The translations under genes were made by a program, and so were the position numbers. Under the pieces are notes generated by a model, which saw only the letters and a program-made list of their open reading frames with translations, searched no databases and had not been told where the DNA came from. A stretch of DNA of 63,907 nucleotides, the filler included, from Octopus bimaculoides (Eukaryota), in the NCBI RefSeq assembly GCF_001194135.2. It is 12 parts of 8 records of this genome, joined end to end, with 100 filler letters (N's around TTAATTAATTAA, not from the genome) between each part and the next. Parts side by side here need not be neighbours in the genome. Positions count along the whole stretch, not along the records: positions 10,717 to 20,746 come from NC_068989.1; positions 20,847 to 22,484 come from NC_068984.1; positions 22,585 to 24,953 come from NW_026437690.1; 9 more parts are not named here. One strand, given 5' to 3'. Shown here one piece after another: positions 12,498-23,787 of the stretch (the stretch's first letter is position 1; each line of letters begins with the position of its first letter).

Positions 12498-12703
12498 TTT
12501 TTGTATGTGTGTATGTATGAATGTATGTATGTATGTATGTGTCTGTCTCTCTATCTGCCTGTCTGTCTGTCTGCTTGCCTGTCTGTCTATCGTATATATG
12601 TGTGTTTATGTGCGTGTATGCGTCTATGCGCGCGCGCGCGTCTAAAAGAGACATCAGATGAGATTCCCATTAAGCTGTTCATGCTTCTTTTCAACCTATA
12701 TAG

Positions 12704-12761
12704 GAGTGGTACCATTTCACATGTTTGAACGTCTGCTTCGTAGGTCAACAAATTCATGTCT
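12704..12761 (+). CDS. candidate internal coding exon (VVPFHMFERLLRRSTNSC)
   Basis: CTTTTCAACCTATATAG acceptor and CT|GTATGT donor. Open frame whose end phase is compatible with 15626. No recognised homology. Confidence 0.2.
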
Positions 12762-12956
12762 GTATGTATGTTCTGCCCTTTCACATTTAATTTAGAATAA
12801 AAATTGACCGTCTGCCTACTTGGTAGCATGATTGTAAATGTATGCAACACGTTTCACCCGTCATCTTTTAAATCATAAGATTTTTATAGTCCCAAGATGT
12901 TGTGATCATTTGTTGTGGATGAGTTAAAGATATTGATTTCTGCATGTATGTATGAC

Positions 12957-13049
12957 ATTATTCAGTTTTATTCTAAGATTTCTTGACAATAGAGAAAGAA
13001 CCGGTTTCTAACCCAGATCTCCTTCAATGAAATTTCAACATCAACAAGT
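12957..13049 (-). mobile_element. family D copy
   Basis: Flanked on both sides by (ATGT)n; AATAAA on the sense (minus) strand near its 3' end. Confidence 0.7.
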
Positions 13050-13299
13050 TATGTATGTATGTATGTATGTATGTATGTATNNNNNNNNNNTACATACATA
13101 CATACATACATACATACATACATAACCTGTTGTTGATGTTTATATATATATATATATATATATATATCGTAATGTTACTGTTACTGTATTTCTCTCGCTC
13201 AGAGATTTGAAACGTTGTTTCTCTCGATTTACTTGTCCTCTTTTCCATTTTTTTCTCGTTGTTTACGTATTTCAAGTTATTTACACCGTTAGTGACGTC

Positions 13300-13690
13300 C
13301 TGTACCCATACTCTCTCACGTTGCTCACACGTGACCATCGTCCGTCATTCTTTTCCTCGCGTGACCATTTTTCTTTTTCTGCATGGACGTTTAAAAGAAC
13401 GGAGTGTCTTTTTCTGTCTCTTTCTCTCTCCTATGTTTTCTCTTCTCAAAAAAATGTTTCATGCTTTCATTATTTTCCTATCGTTCTGGTCTAACGACCC
13501 TCCATGTTTGTTTTCATTCGGTTTCCTTGTATAACTCAATTGTCCTGTATTTGTTCCCTGCTTTAACCCTCCATAAATGCAAAATTTTATTTTAGTATTT
13601 AAGGGGGCAGCTGTCTTTGAAGACTCATATTGTCGTTGAATGCTCGAAAGGGGAGTAGATAGACAGCCGACAACTGATGAAGGGTCCTTT
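13300..13690 (+). mobile_element. Penelope-like UTR/pseudo-LTR fragment ending in CTGATGAAG at a gap
   Basis: Pyrimidine-rich UTR-like sequence, then CTGATGA (13674-13680) + AGGGTCC before Ns. Architecture resembles 47120-47470. Confidence 0.35.
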
Positions 13691-14587
13691 NNNNNNNNNN
13701 NNNNNNNNNNNNNNNNNNNNNNNNNNNNNNNNNNNNNNNNNNNNNNNNNNNNNNNNNNNNNNNNNNNNNNNNNNNNNNNNNNNNNNNNNNNNNNNNNNNN
13801 NNNNNNNNNNNNNNNNNNNNNNNNNNNNNNNNNNNNNNNNNNNNNNNNNNNNNNNNNNNNNNNNNNNNNNNNNNNNNNNNNNNNNNNNNNNNNNNNNNNN
13901 NNNNNNNNNNNNNNNNNNNNNNNNNNNNNNNNNNNNNNNNNNNNNNNNNNNNNNNNNNNNNNNNNNNNNNNNNNNNNNNNNNNNNNNNNNNNNNNNNNNN
14001 NNNNNNNNNNNNNNNNNNNNNNNNNNNNNNNNNNNNNNNNNNNNNNNNNNNNNNNNNNNNNNNNNNNNNNNNNNNNNNNNNNNNNNNNNNNNNNNNNNNN
14101 NNNNNNNNNNNNNNNNNNNNNNNNNNNNNNNNNNNNNNNNNNNNNNNNNNNNNNNNNNNNNNNNNNNNNNNNNNNNNNNNNNNNNNNNNNNNNNNNNNNN
14201 NNNNNNNNNNNNNNNNNNNNNNNNNNNNNNNNNNNNNNNNNNNNNNNNNNNNNNNNNNNNNNNNNNNNNNNNNNNNNNNNNNNNNNNNNNNNNNNNNNNN
14301 NNNNNNNNNNNNNNNNNNNNNNNNNNNNNNNNNNNNNNNNNNNNNNNNNNNNNNNNNNNNNNNNNNNNNNNNNNNNNNNNNNNNNNNNNNNNNNNNNNNN
14401 NNNNNNNNNNNNNNNNNNNNNNNNNNNNNNNNNNNNNNNNNNNNNNNNNNNNNNNNNNNNNNNNNNNNNNNNNNNNNNNNNNNNNNNNNNNNNNNNNNNN
14501 NNNNNNNNNNNNNNNNNNNNNNNNNNNNNNNNNNNNNNNNNNNNNNNNNNNNNNNNNNNNNNNNNNNNNNNNNNNNNNNNNNNNNNN

Positions 14588-14622
<35 letters not shown>

Positions 14623-14833
14623 ATATTAATCTACCGACGGAGAAAAATTAGTGGTAAAGTTCTCGCACTAATAATAAATAAATAAAATAAGCCAAACGAA
14701 AAGGAAGACATGTTTAATTTTGCTGAACTCCAATTATTTCTTGAACGAAGATTTAAAAATCAACACAAAATATAACAGCAAGGAATCTAATAACAGCAAA
14801 TACAACAATAGCAACGACATTAACGACAATAGC

Positions 14834-14884
<51 letters not shown>

Positions 14885-15259
14885 AGCAGTAGGAAGAGTA
14901 AAAGCAACAATTTACATTAATAGCAAAAACTACAATAATAATAGACAAGAACAATAAGGACGCCAACTAAAATACGAACAACAGCAACAATAACAAGAAA
15001 GCATCTATGTTTGTTTAGAATGAAGATGGAAAAATCAGTGTTTCTGTCAGAATAATCTCGTAATTCTTTAATCCCTTAATCATATTGTTAATAAGCTTTC
15101 TCAAACAACTCAGGATCGAATTACTGACATTCTTCCTCAACTGCCCCCAAGTACGATTGCTTCGCTTTTAAAAGGTTTTATAGAATTGCATTCGGAATCA
15201 ATAAATTTGTCACTTATTTACGATCTGATATAAATATATAAATAAATATATCAATATCA

Positions 15260-15299
<40 letters not shown>

Positions 15300-15625
15300 N
15301 NNNNNNNNNNNNNNNNNNNNNNNNNNNNNNNNNNNNNNNNNNNNNNNNNNNNNNNNNNNNNNNNNNNNNNNNNNNNNNNNNNNNNNNNNNNNNNNNNNNN
15401 NNNNNNNNNNNNNNNATGTAGTCATGTACACGTGTTTAATAAACGCATATATTTAGAAAGTTAACTGTGAAATTAGGTCGGAAGAACAGTGCTTAAAACT
15501 TAAACCATATGTCTTGAGGCCGCGCGGAAAAAAAACAACATTATAAGCTACTTAGTTAAGAAATGTAAACAAGAGGGAGGATTGTACAATTCATTTAAAT
15601 AACGATAACTAGTTTTTGTTTTCAG

Positions 15626-15731
15626 GGTCAGAATCTACTTGGAAGAGTCCAACAAATATTGGCATTATATAAATCTCAGTCGAGGCCTACAATCTGATGT
15701 TGCGTTCAAATTTAAGAAGATGCCGTGCTAA
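15626..15731 (+). CDS. candidate terminal coding exon (VRIYLEESNKYWHYINLSRGLQSDVAFKFKKMPC*)
   Basis: TTTTTGTTTTCAG acceptor, 34 open codons, TAA at 15729-15731 and AATAAA at 15765-15770, in unique sequence. Protein not recognised. Confidence 0.35.
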
Positions 15732-16026
15732 ACGACATCCATAAGAGTTCACCCGGCTGTTTGGAATAAAATCATAGTTACACCCCAGCCTCTGGACGAC
15801 AGATGTGATATTTGCGACCTCTTCCTCTTTGACTATAACTATCACAGTCTTTCCTACCCGAGGGTGGATGGGCTCACGGTGCTTCTACTCAGGTATTCGT
15901 TTCTCACTCACTATCGTCAAACTTGTAGTGTCTTCACTCCTATGAGACCACCCATTAATCACTTGGTCCAATCCACCCTTGTCAGAACGTTGCCTTTCTA
16001 GTATTCCCTCCCTGCTCATTATTTTT

Positions 16027-16412
16027 CTTTCAGTCATTTGACTGTGGCCATGCTGGAGCACCGCCTTTAGTCGAGCAAATCGACACCACGACTTATTCTT
16101 TGTAAGCCTAGTACTTATTCTATCGGTCTCTTTTGCCGAACCGCTAAGTTACGGGGACGTAAACACACCAGCATCGGTTGTCAAGCGATGTTGGGGGTGG
16201 GGACAAACACAGACATGCAAAGATATACACACACATACATATATATATACACATATATACGACGGGCTTCTTTCAGTTTCCGTCTATCAAATCCACTCAG
16301 AAGGTTTTGGTCGTCCCGAGGCTATAGTAGAAGACACTTGCCTAAGGTGCCACGCAGTCGGACTGAACATGGAACATGTGGTTGGTAAGCAAGCTACTTC
16401 CCACACAGCCAC
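16027..16412 (-). mobile_element. SINE family A, full-length
   Basis: Complete element: tRNA-like head, CORE-like segment, internal (TA/CA)n and 3' tail ...GCGGTGCTCCAGCATGGCCACAGTCAAATGACTGAAA. Confidence 0.92.
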
Positions 16413-16539
16413 CCTTGCACCTATTGTTGTCAATTTCATGGGTCTAGTTCGAGGCTGCGATCCCCATGGGCACGGCTTCTTTTTCTAGACCGAAGAAATT
16501 CAAAACAGGAAAGAAACTGGCTTTGCATGCAGCCATCTA

Positions 16540-16865
16540 GTTTAAGGTTTCGTCCCACTACCCAGCTACTCGGCCAAATATTTTCTACTAAATCCTCGGG
16601 CCGACTAATGTGTTTTGAGCACACTTTATCATAATTATACCGATGTCTGTATGTGTGCGTGCGTGTGTGTGTGTGTGTGTGTGTGTGCATGTATGTGTGT
16701 GTGTCTGGGTGTATGTGTGTGTGTGTATGTGTGTCTGGGAGTGTTTGTGTGTGTCTGTGTGGTGTGTCCCCCACTGCTTGATAACCGCTGTTGATTTGCT
16801 TACATTCCTATAACGCAAAATATAATAAAGTACCGGAGTTGATTTTTTCGACTAAACACTTCTTA
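16540..16865 (+). mobile_element. SINE family A, old diverged copy (opposite orientation)
   Basis: Patchy matches (CCTCGGGCCGAC, CTGCTTGATAACCG, TTCGACTAAA) around an internal (TG)n. Confidence 0.5.
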
Positions 16866-18002
16866 CGACGACTGGCTGGTACAAAGAAAAAAGAAATGAT
16901 ACAAAGAAAAATAATTATAAATATAAAATTATTTTGCTGTCTGATATTAAATAAAATATTACTATTATTATGTTGGAGCTGGGCTTGTTTTGACAACGAT
17001 ACGACATACTAGTCTGTTTTGGCACGATTCCTAACTTTACAGTGAAAATAAATATATGCTTAGGAAAAGCACAAGCATATATGCTTTTTCATAGATACGT
17101 ATGTGTGAATAATATATATATTTAAAGTTTGTGCAAAGAATTATTGACATAGTCGCAATATTTGAAGAGAGATATTTCGAAACTATAAATCATTCATTGT
17201 ATGAAAAATTTCTTAAAAGAAACTGAATGATGAAAACCGTTTGGAAAACACTTTCGAAGTGTGTGAAATCGCTTTCGCTGTTTCATTTTTTCAGACACAC
17301 GTGTTATGAGGAAAATCGTACAGAGTCGTCTTAGTAGAACTATAATATATTTTCTAGCTCTCTCTCTCTCTCTCTCTTTCTTTCTCTCTCTTTTTTTTCT
17401 CTCTCTCTCTATCTATGTTTCTATCTATCTATATGCATGTGAATTTGTAAACGTATGAAGATGCATTTGTTCATTCGGTTATGACTATTGATATAACATG
17501 TACTATAAATGTATAGCTTACTTCAACCAATCTAACACAAGCCATGCTGGAGCGCCGAGTGAATATTAATAAAATGTAAAATGAATTTTTATTTTTTTTT
17601 ACATTTTAATTTCTCTTTAATTGTTTTTAAAGCTGAAACATTGATGAGGAAATGAGAATACCTTTTGTTTGTCTATTTCTTTGTTTCTTCTGCCGCAATT
17701 GCTGCTGTCAAGTGACAAGTGTTTTGACGTCTTTTAGTGAGCTCCAACAAGTTAGAAATAATTAGAGAACTTGTACTATTTAATTACACGAGAACAGATA
17801 AAACTAAACAGAAAACGTCAATGTAAAATGTTTTGCAAAGCAAACAATATTAAAGGAGAGAAACATAAAATAAAACGAACACGAAAATTTAATCGACAGA
17901 TCAGGAAAATTTTTTTAATAAAACAATAGCAATTCTGTATTAAAACTATATTAACGAAACTATTCTATATTAACAATAATACTCTTTTATTCTATTAATT
18001 GA

Positions 18003-18385
18003 TTCAGTCATTACAATGCGGCCATGCTACAGTATAGGCGCGAAGGGTTTCGTCGAATAAATCGACCTTAGTACTTACATGTTTTAATGTTTGGCACATA
18101 TTCTATCGGTGGCTTTTGCCGAACCGCTAAGTTACGTGAGCGTACACAGACCAACACCGGTTGCCAAACGGTATGGCAGCAAACACAGACAAAACGACAC
18201 AAAAGACACACACACACACACGCACACACAGAGCCAATATGTTTCCACTCAGTTCCTTCTACCAACTTCCATCACAAGGCATTTGTCTGTCCGGGACTAT
18301 AGTAGAGGAGACTTCCCCAAGGTGCTGCTCAGTAGGACTGAACCCAAGATCACGTGGCTGCAAAGAGAGCTTCTTAACCACACGT
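18003..18385 (-). mobile_element. SINE family A, diverged full-length
   Basis: Collinear with 16027-16412. Confidence 0.85.
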
Positions 18386-19230
18386 CAAACAAATACCATC
18401 TCAATAGTTAATTTATTATGTGTTACAGAAACACAACGACAGATTTTGGGTAAACCTGTTATGTTATCCTATTTCTTAACAGATAATGCACGTTACATTA
18501 GAAGAAGTCTGATACGACATATTGTATCACTTATACGGTTGTGCAAACAATCTCGAAGCAACAGTCAAATCTCCTTCAAATCTCAATTTATCGTTATAAA
18601 TAAGGACATGTTTTATAATGGTGGGCGTCTTTATACATATATATTGTTACGAACGAAAAATATCATATTCGGTTAATTTCTCATACGTACGATGCGAATT
18701 AGAACACTGCTCTCTGGTTTTGAAAGCGAAGACGGAAAAAATCTTTGTGGTCACGTGACTGTTTAAAGCGTAGGCGATATGATTTGTGGCACGCTTTTAC
18801 GGTGAGGGCGAAGTATAAAGACTACAAATGCTACGTGGCCACGCGTGAATTTGTAGTTAGTGCGGGAAGACGATGTGCGACGGGCGACGTGATGAAGGCG
18901 ATGTGAGATGTTTTTCATGTAGGAGCCGGTGCCATGCAGTCGATATGTGAGATGGTGCCGGGAAAAATTCGTGTGGAACAGACATAGTATTTGTCGTCGA
19001 GTGTGAAGTTTCGGTGGTTAATGTGAATAGTGGAAGGTTTTGAACTGTTTGTGAAAATAGTGAATTTGGCAACGTAAAGAAGCCAGAATGGTACCTAAAA
19101 TTCTGAAGTAACAAGAGTCCAGTCGGACAAAAAGAGATGAAAAAAAAAATAGAATATAAATCATTAGATTAGTGAATAAAAGAAAAGCTCACTGAAAAAA
19201 GTCTACACATTCAGAGGTAAATGAAAGAAC

Positions 19231-19982
19231 GGATCTTTTTTAAAACGGGGCCACAGTATTTTCTTAACAAAACACTTTGAAACTTGGAACACTGGTAGAA
19301 TGTGTCATATAAAACATCTTTTTCTCTTAGTCTTCTTAAAAAAAAAAAGAAATCCCTAAGTTATTCCATGTTAAAGTTGTCGTATTTCTGTAATTTCAAC
19401 CAATCACTGACGTCCATTCAGCCGATATACATTAAGTGCCGACTACATAAACAAACGATTCTGAAACAATTCTACCGGTGATAAAATTATTACTTCCTTG
19501 TCAAAAAATGGCTGAAGCATATTGGCAGTAGCTAATAAACCTTTCTATTATAGGCTAACCCCAACCCTAACCCTAACCCTAACCCTAACCCTANNNNNNN
19601 NNNNNNNNNNNNNNNNNNNNNNNNNNNNNNNNNNNNNNNNNNNNNNNNNNNNNNNNNAAAGAAAAAAGCAAATAAAACGAAGAAAAAAAAATGAAAAAAG
19701 CAAATTGCCTCTCTGCAAATGTCAGAAGTTATGGAGATTAAATACGCTTTACACCGCTTAATCAGCCAAAGGAGTAAATGTAAACAACTGAATACTTGTC
19801 AGTGATTGGTTGAAATTATCGAAATAAGACAATTTTTTACATGAAATAAATTCGCATACAAAAATATTTTTCTGTTCTATAACACAAAATAGATAAGTAT
19901 ACGAAGTTTGAAAGTCTTTCGGTACCAAAAACACTACGTAAAACATTAATGAAAAATGTGGCCCCCGTTTTAAAATAGATCC
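19231..19982. mobile_element. non-autonomous DNA transposon (GGATC termini, 8-bp TSD) with internal (CCCTAA)n
   Basis: TIR GGATCTTTTTTAAAACGGGGCCACA / TGTGGCCCCCGTTTTAAAATAGATCC; imperfect inner arms; flanks GAAAGAAC / GAAAAAAC. Confidence 0.88.
19555..19593 (+). repeat. interstitial telomeric repeat (CCCTAA)n
   Basis: At least 6 units running into an N gap. Confidence 0.95.
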
Positions 19983-20241
19983 GAAAAAACTCTCTAAAAA
20001 CTCTCGAAAGAACTGTTTATTTGCTTCATAAATGTTATTGGCCTCTGAATTAAAGTTCTTGCATTTTGTTTATACTCAACGGGTTTATTTGTTATTTTCA
20101 ACTCCTCTGACTTCTTTGACTTCTGCTTCTTCCGGTCTGAGCAAGTTGGTTTGCTGAGCTCGCCTACGTGGTCTTCTGAGCTATTGGACACAACCTGTTG
20201 TGTTATAGGTGGTTTCCGGAGGTTGCGTGTGGCGCAACAAC

Positions 20242-20259
20242 TGGTGTCGGAATTGGGAT
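20242..20259 (+). promoter_or_regulatory. primer-binding site, tRNA-Leu type
   Basis: TGGTGTCGGAATTGGGAT matches TGGTGTCAGAAGTGGGAT (complement of the tRNA-Leu 3' end) at 16/18 positions, 2 nt after the LTR CA end. Confidence 0.8.
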
Positions 20260-20290
20260 ATTCATTGCTACTGTGATCCGATTATTCACT

Positions 20291-20425
20291 ATGGACCCGG
20301 CGGAAGGAGTACGTACAATGAGTCAGACAAAAACGGCTACAGTTGTGAAAATTCTAAAGGAGCTCAATGATAATTGAAATGAGCTCAAAGAGGAGCAGAA
20401 AACGTGGCACGCATCTTCAAGTTGT
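20291..20425 (+). pseudogene. Gypsy gag N-terminal relic (MDPAEGVRT...)
   Basis: ATG shortly after the PBS; MDPAE-type start; in-frame stop after 28 codons; truncated by a SINE-A tail fragment at ~20440-20510. Confidence 0.5.
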
Positions 20426-20514
20426 GAAAAAAAAAAAAAATACTGGGGTCAATTCGACTGAAACAAATTGCTCAAGGCGATGCTCCAGCATGGCAGCAGT
20501 CGAATAACTGAAAC

Positions 20515-20640
20515 AGTGTTACCCATTTCAGGACTAGAACAAGATGAAATGGCATGTTTTGCTCAAGAACACAACAACCGTTCCGTCTGCGGATCGAACG
20601 CATGATCTTGCGATTCTGAGTGCAATACCCTAACCATTAG
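20515..20640 (-). mobile_element. tRNA-derived SINE head (family C-like), diverged
   Basis: Reverse complement: TAATGGTTAGGGTATT...GTTCGATCC...TTCTTGAGCAAAAC. Confidence 0.6.
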
Positions 20641-20846
20641 GGAACTGGAATATTGGAATATATAACCATGGTGATTACAATATGCAACACTTCTACCGAT
20701 ATCGGATGCTTGAAGACTGGAAGTGGGGAGTCTTTTTCATGCTTCANNNNNNNNNNNNNNNNNNNNNNNNNNNNNNNNNNNNNNNNNNNNTTAATTAATT
20801 AANNNNNNNNNNNNNNNNNNNNNNNNNNNNNNNNNNNNNNNNNNNN

Positions 20847-21218
20847 GCTTTCTAATTGATGTATCAATACCAGCAGGTGGCAACGTTTCTCTAAAAGAAA
20901 TGGAAAAACTTTCAAAATACAAAGACCTGGAAATAGAGATAACTCGAATGTGGAAGCTAAAAACAGAAACAATTCCTATTATAGTAGGTGCCTTAGGTAT
21001 AATAAAAAAATATTGAAACAAATACTTAACAAAAACACCAGGACTTACAAATATATATAACATACAGAAAATTGCACTACTGGGTACTGCACACATTCTA
21101 CGCAAAGCACTTTCAATACAGTAAACATAAGAGCACCACAGCAAACGACAGCACATACCCAAGGCGCACAGAGCTGCGCTCGGTAGTGATGTGAAAGCAC
21201 GTTATAAAAATAAAACTA

Positions 21219-21221
<3 letters not shown>
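20847..21221 (+). mobile_element. R4/Dong-type non-LTR retrotransposon 3' end (RLE domain + 3' UTR)
   Basis: LIDVSIP...EKLSKYKDLEIEITRMWKLKTETIPIIVGALG; ends in (AAT)n at 21222-21249. Confidence 0.9.
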
Positions 21222-21246
<25 letters not shown>

Positions 21247-21249
<3 letters not shown>

Positions 21250-21765
21250 TAGAATGATGAGTTCTTTACTTTTGTATACGATTGCCAAATTCCATCACTA
21301 AGGTAAACATAGTTGACGTAATCCATCACTACGGCCAACTCAATAACAGAAAGCGCAACTCGAAAGTAACTTATTTATTGGTCCTTTGAACAACGACAAT
21401 ATTTCGACATTTCGTGTGTCTTCAACTGGTCTGGTTCAAAATAAAATAAATGTCAATCTAATTCATTTTTAGTTTATAGAGAGGACTGCTAAACTCAGCA
21501 GAAATGTAATATATAGAAAAATGAGTTCTTAACTTTTGTATACGATTGCCAAATTCCATCACTAAGGTAAACATGGCTGACGTAATCCATCACTACGGCC
21601 AACTCAATAACAGAAAGCGCGACTCGAAAGTAACTTATTCATTGGTCCTTTGAACAACGACAATATTTCGACATCTTGTGTGTCTTCAACTGGTCTGGTT
21701 CAAAATAAAATAAATGTCAGTCTAATTCATTTTTAGTTTATAGAGAGGACTGTTAAACTCAGCAG
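21247..21765. repeat. tandem dimer, 264-bp period, ~93% identical
   Basis: 21247-21501 is repeated at 21511-21765. Each unit has a decayed hammerhead-like motif on the minus strand. Confidence 0.95.
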
Positions 21766-21869
21766 TTTGTTGTAGTATAGATTCATCACAGCAGATTCAC
21801 AGCAGACTCACACTTTACTCTTTATTGGGCTAACTTGAAACAGCTGTAAGGGACTATTCTTTTATTCTT

Positions 21870-21933
21870 TTAATCTTTTACTTGTTTCAGTCATTTGACT
21901 GAGGCCATGCTGGAGCACCGCCTTTAGTCGAAT
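21870..21933 (-). mobile_element. SINE family A 3' tail fragment
   Basis: TTGTTTCAGTCATTTGACTGAGGCCATGCTGGAGCACCGCCTTTAGTCG. Confidence 0.85.
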
Positions 21934-22120
21934 CATTTGAAGGATTATAATCATGGTTTATATACAAACATTATTTTACAAATATTATTATTCGTAATAA
22001 ATATTAGGTATTGAACCAGTAATTTATTGGATGATACTATCCCTTAACGAGAATAGTTTAACCTCTAATTGTATTTGTGTGTGTATAAACACACACACAC
22101 ACACACACGCATAAACGTAT

Positions 22121-22435
22121 ATATGCTTAGTGGTCAGGGCCTTCGTCTCATGATTGTAAGGTCTTGGGTTCAATTCCCAGCGACGGGTTGTGTCCTTGAG
22201 CAAGACACTTTATTTCACGTTGCTCCAGTCCACTCAGTTGGCAAACATGAGTAGTACCTGTATTTCAAAGGGCGAAGGTTGTCACACTCTGTGCCAATGC
22301 TGAGTCTCCCTGAGAACTACATTAAGGGTACACGTGTCTGTGGAATGCTCAGTCACTTGCACGTTAGTTTCACGAGCAAGCCGTTCCGTTGATTGTATCA
22401 GCTGGGACCATCATCGTCGTAACCCACGGAGTGCT
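22121..22435 (+). mobile_element. SINE family C (head variant 2, CCTTGAGCAAGACAC central domain)
   Basis: A-box TGCTTAGTGG, B-box GGTTCAATTCC; body shared with 6948-7050. Confidence 0.85.
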
Positions 22436-22452
22436 CCCTCTATCCCTCTCTC

Positions 22453-22484
<32 letters not shown>

Positions 22485-22603
22485 NNNNNNNNNNNNNNNN
22501 NNNNNNNNNNNNNNNNNNNNNNNNNNNNTTAATTAATTAANNNNNNNNNNNNNNNNNNNNNNNNNNNNNNNNNNNNNNNNNNNNGTGCGTGCGTGCGTGT
22601 GTG

Positions 22604-22702
22604 ATTATTCAGTTTATTTCAAGATTTCTTGCCAATAGATAAAGAACAGGTTTTTAACCTAGATCCAAGGTTCCTTCATTGGAATTTCAACATCAACAGC
22701 AA
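22604..22702 (-). mobile_element. family D copy
   Basis: Homologous to 12957-13049; abuts (TATG)n at 22703-22770. Confidence 0.7.
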
Positions 22703-22770
22703 TGTATGTATGTATGTATGCATGTATGTATGTATGTATGTATGTATGTATGTATGCATGCATGCATGTA

Positions 22771-23787
22771 TGATTTATATATGTATTCTTATGCATATAG
22801 TTACATATCTAGACATGCTCATACATATTTAAATGCTAAACTTCTGGAAAGTTTTATAGATTTTTACAGTTCCATTGATGGATTGGATCTCTAGCCTTCA
22901 AATTAGCTTTCTCCTTTCTGGTTTTGAGAACCCTAATTTCTCAAGTTTGGTATTTAGGCAGTGTGTTACATATCCCAGGTCCCCAATAATTACAGGTATA
23001 AACCTGAACTTGTAATCTCGATAGAGTAACTGCAGATTTCTCAATAGTTCAGCATAGATGTTCTCTTTTTCACTGATCTTCAGCTTTATGTTGACATCCG
23101 CTGGGCAGCTAATTTCCACAACTGTGCACAGTTTCTCTTCTCTATCTCAAATCATATCAGGTCTGTTGTGCTTACATTTTATTGAGGTCTTCACCGGTAC
23201 TTTCCGCCAGTATTCCTTTTCATTATGAATGGCTATGGCTTTTACTCATATTGTGGGTTCTTATTTCTTTGTCCTCGGGATTATCCTAACCAGAAAGACA
23301 TATTTCATCGGTAGATAATACCGTGATGACATTTTCAGACAACTGCATCAGTTGTCACATTTTACGAATTTTTCCCGCATCTCTATCTCTTTTGTGCATC
23401 AGGTACTTGGTTGATGATTCCTGTTCCTGGATTGCAAACGGATAACCTTCAAAGTGGGAGGTAGTAATCCGGATATTTGTCCGTGATAAACTGCTTTGAT
23501 GATCAATGTTACTATCATCACGGAGCTTTCTTCTAACATATCCATACATAGTCTTCTGCTCATATAGGCTCATCCTTTCATCTGATTATATGTTGCGGTA
23601 GAGTCGTGCGACTTCTTTGGGCATGTATTATAGTTTATCAGACAAAGAGTGTTGCTCAAGGAGCTGCCTTCCAAGTCTTATGATGTTATCAGTTTCATGT
23701 ATGGAAACTTGGTCAAGAGATGCACTTCGACGCTTGTTGGTTAAAAGATGTTGCTGAAGGGATACGATGCGACATTCAGAAGCATTT
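22771..23787 (-). mobile_element. RLE-type (R4/NeSL-like) LINE C-terminal fragment flanked by (ACAT)n
   Basis: Frameshifted ...HFEGYPFAIQEQE..., MEISCPAD..K..EKENIY...FIPVIIGDLG and GTVKIYKTF. (CATA)n lies on the sense strand at both ends (22703-22770, 23788-23830). Confidence 0.8.

Larger units (their letters stand above)
18645..20239 (+). mobile_element. Ty3/Gypsy-type 5' LTR (~830 bp after removing the nested MITE)
   Basis: Starts TGTTACG and ends CGCAACA, immediately followed by a PBS. Contains TATAAA (18814) and ATTAAA (20049). Interrupted at 19231-19982. The left boundary is inferred from terminal symmetry. Confidence 0.6.

Noticed and set aside
17161-17190. TTGAAGA-GAGATATTTC-GAAACTATA
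   Set aside because: Core change, weak stem II, no stem III or stem I pairing; expected by chance in AT-rich DNA.
19555-19593. Telomeric repeats as evidence of a chromosome end or fusion site
   Set aside because: Both arrays lie inside TIR- and TSD-bounded elements, with ordinary sequence on both sides.
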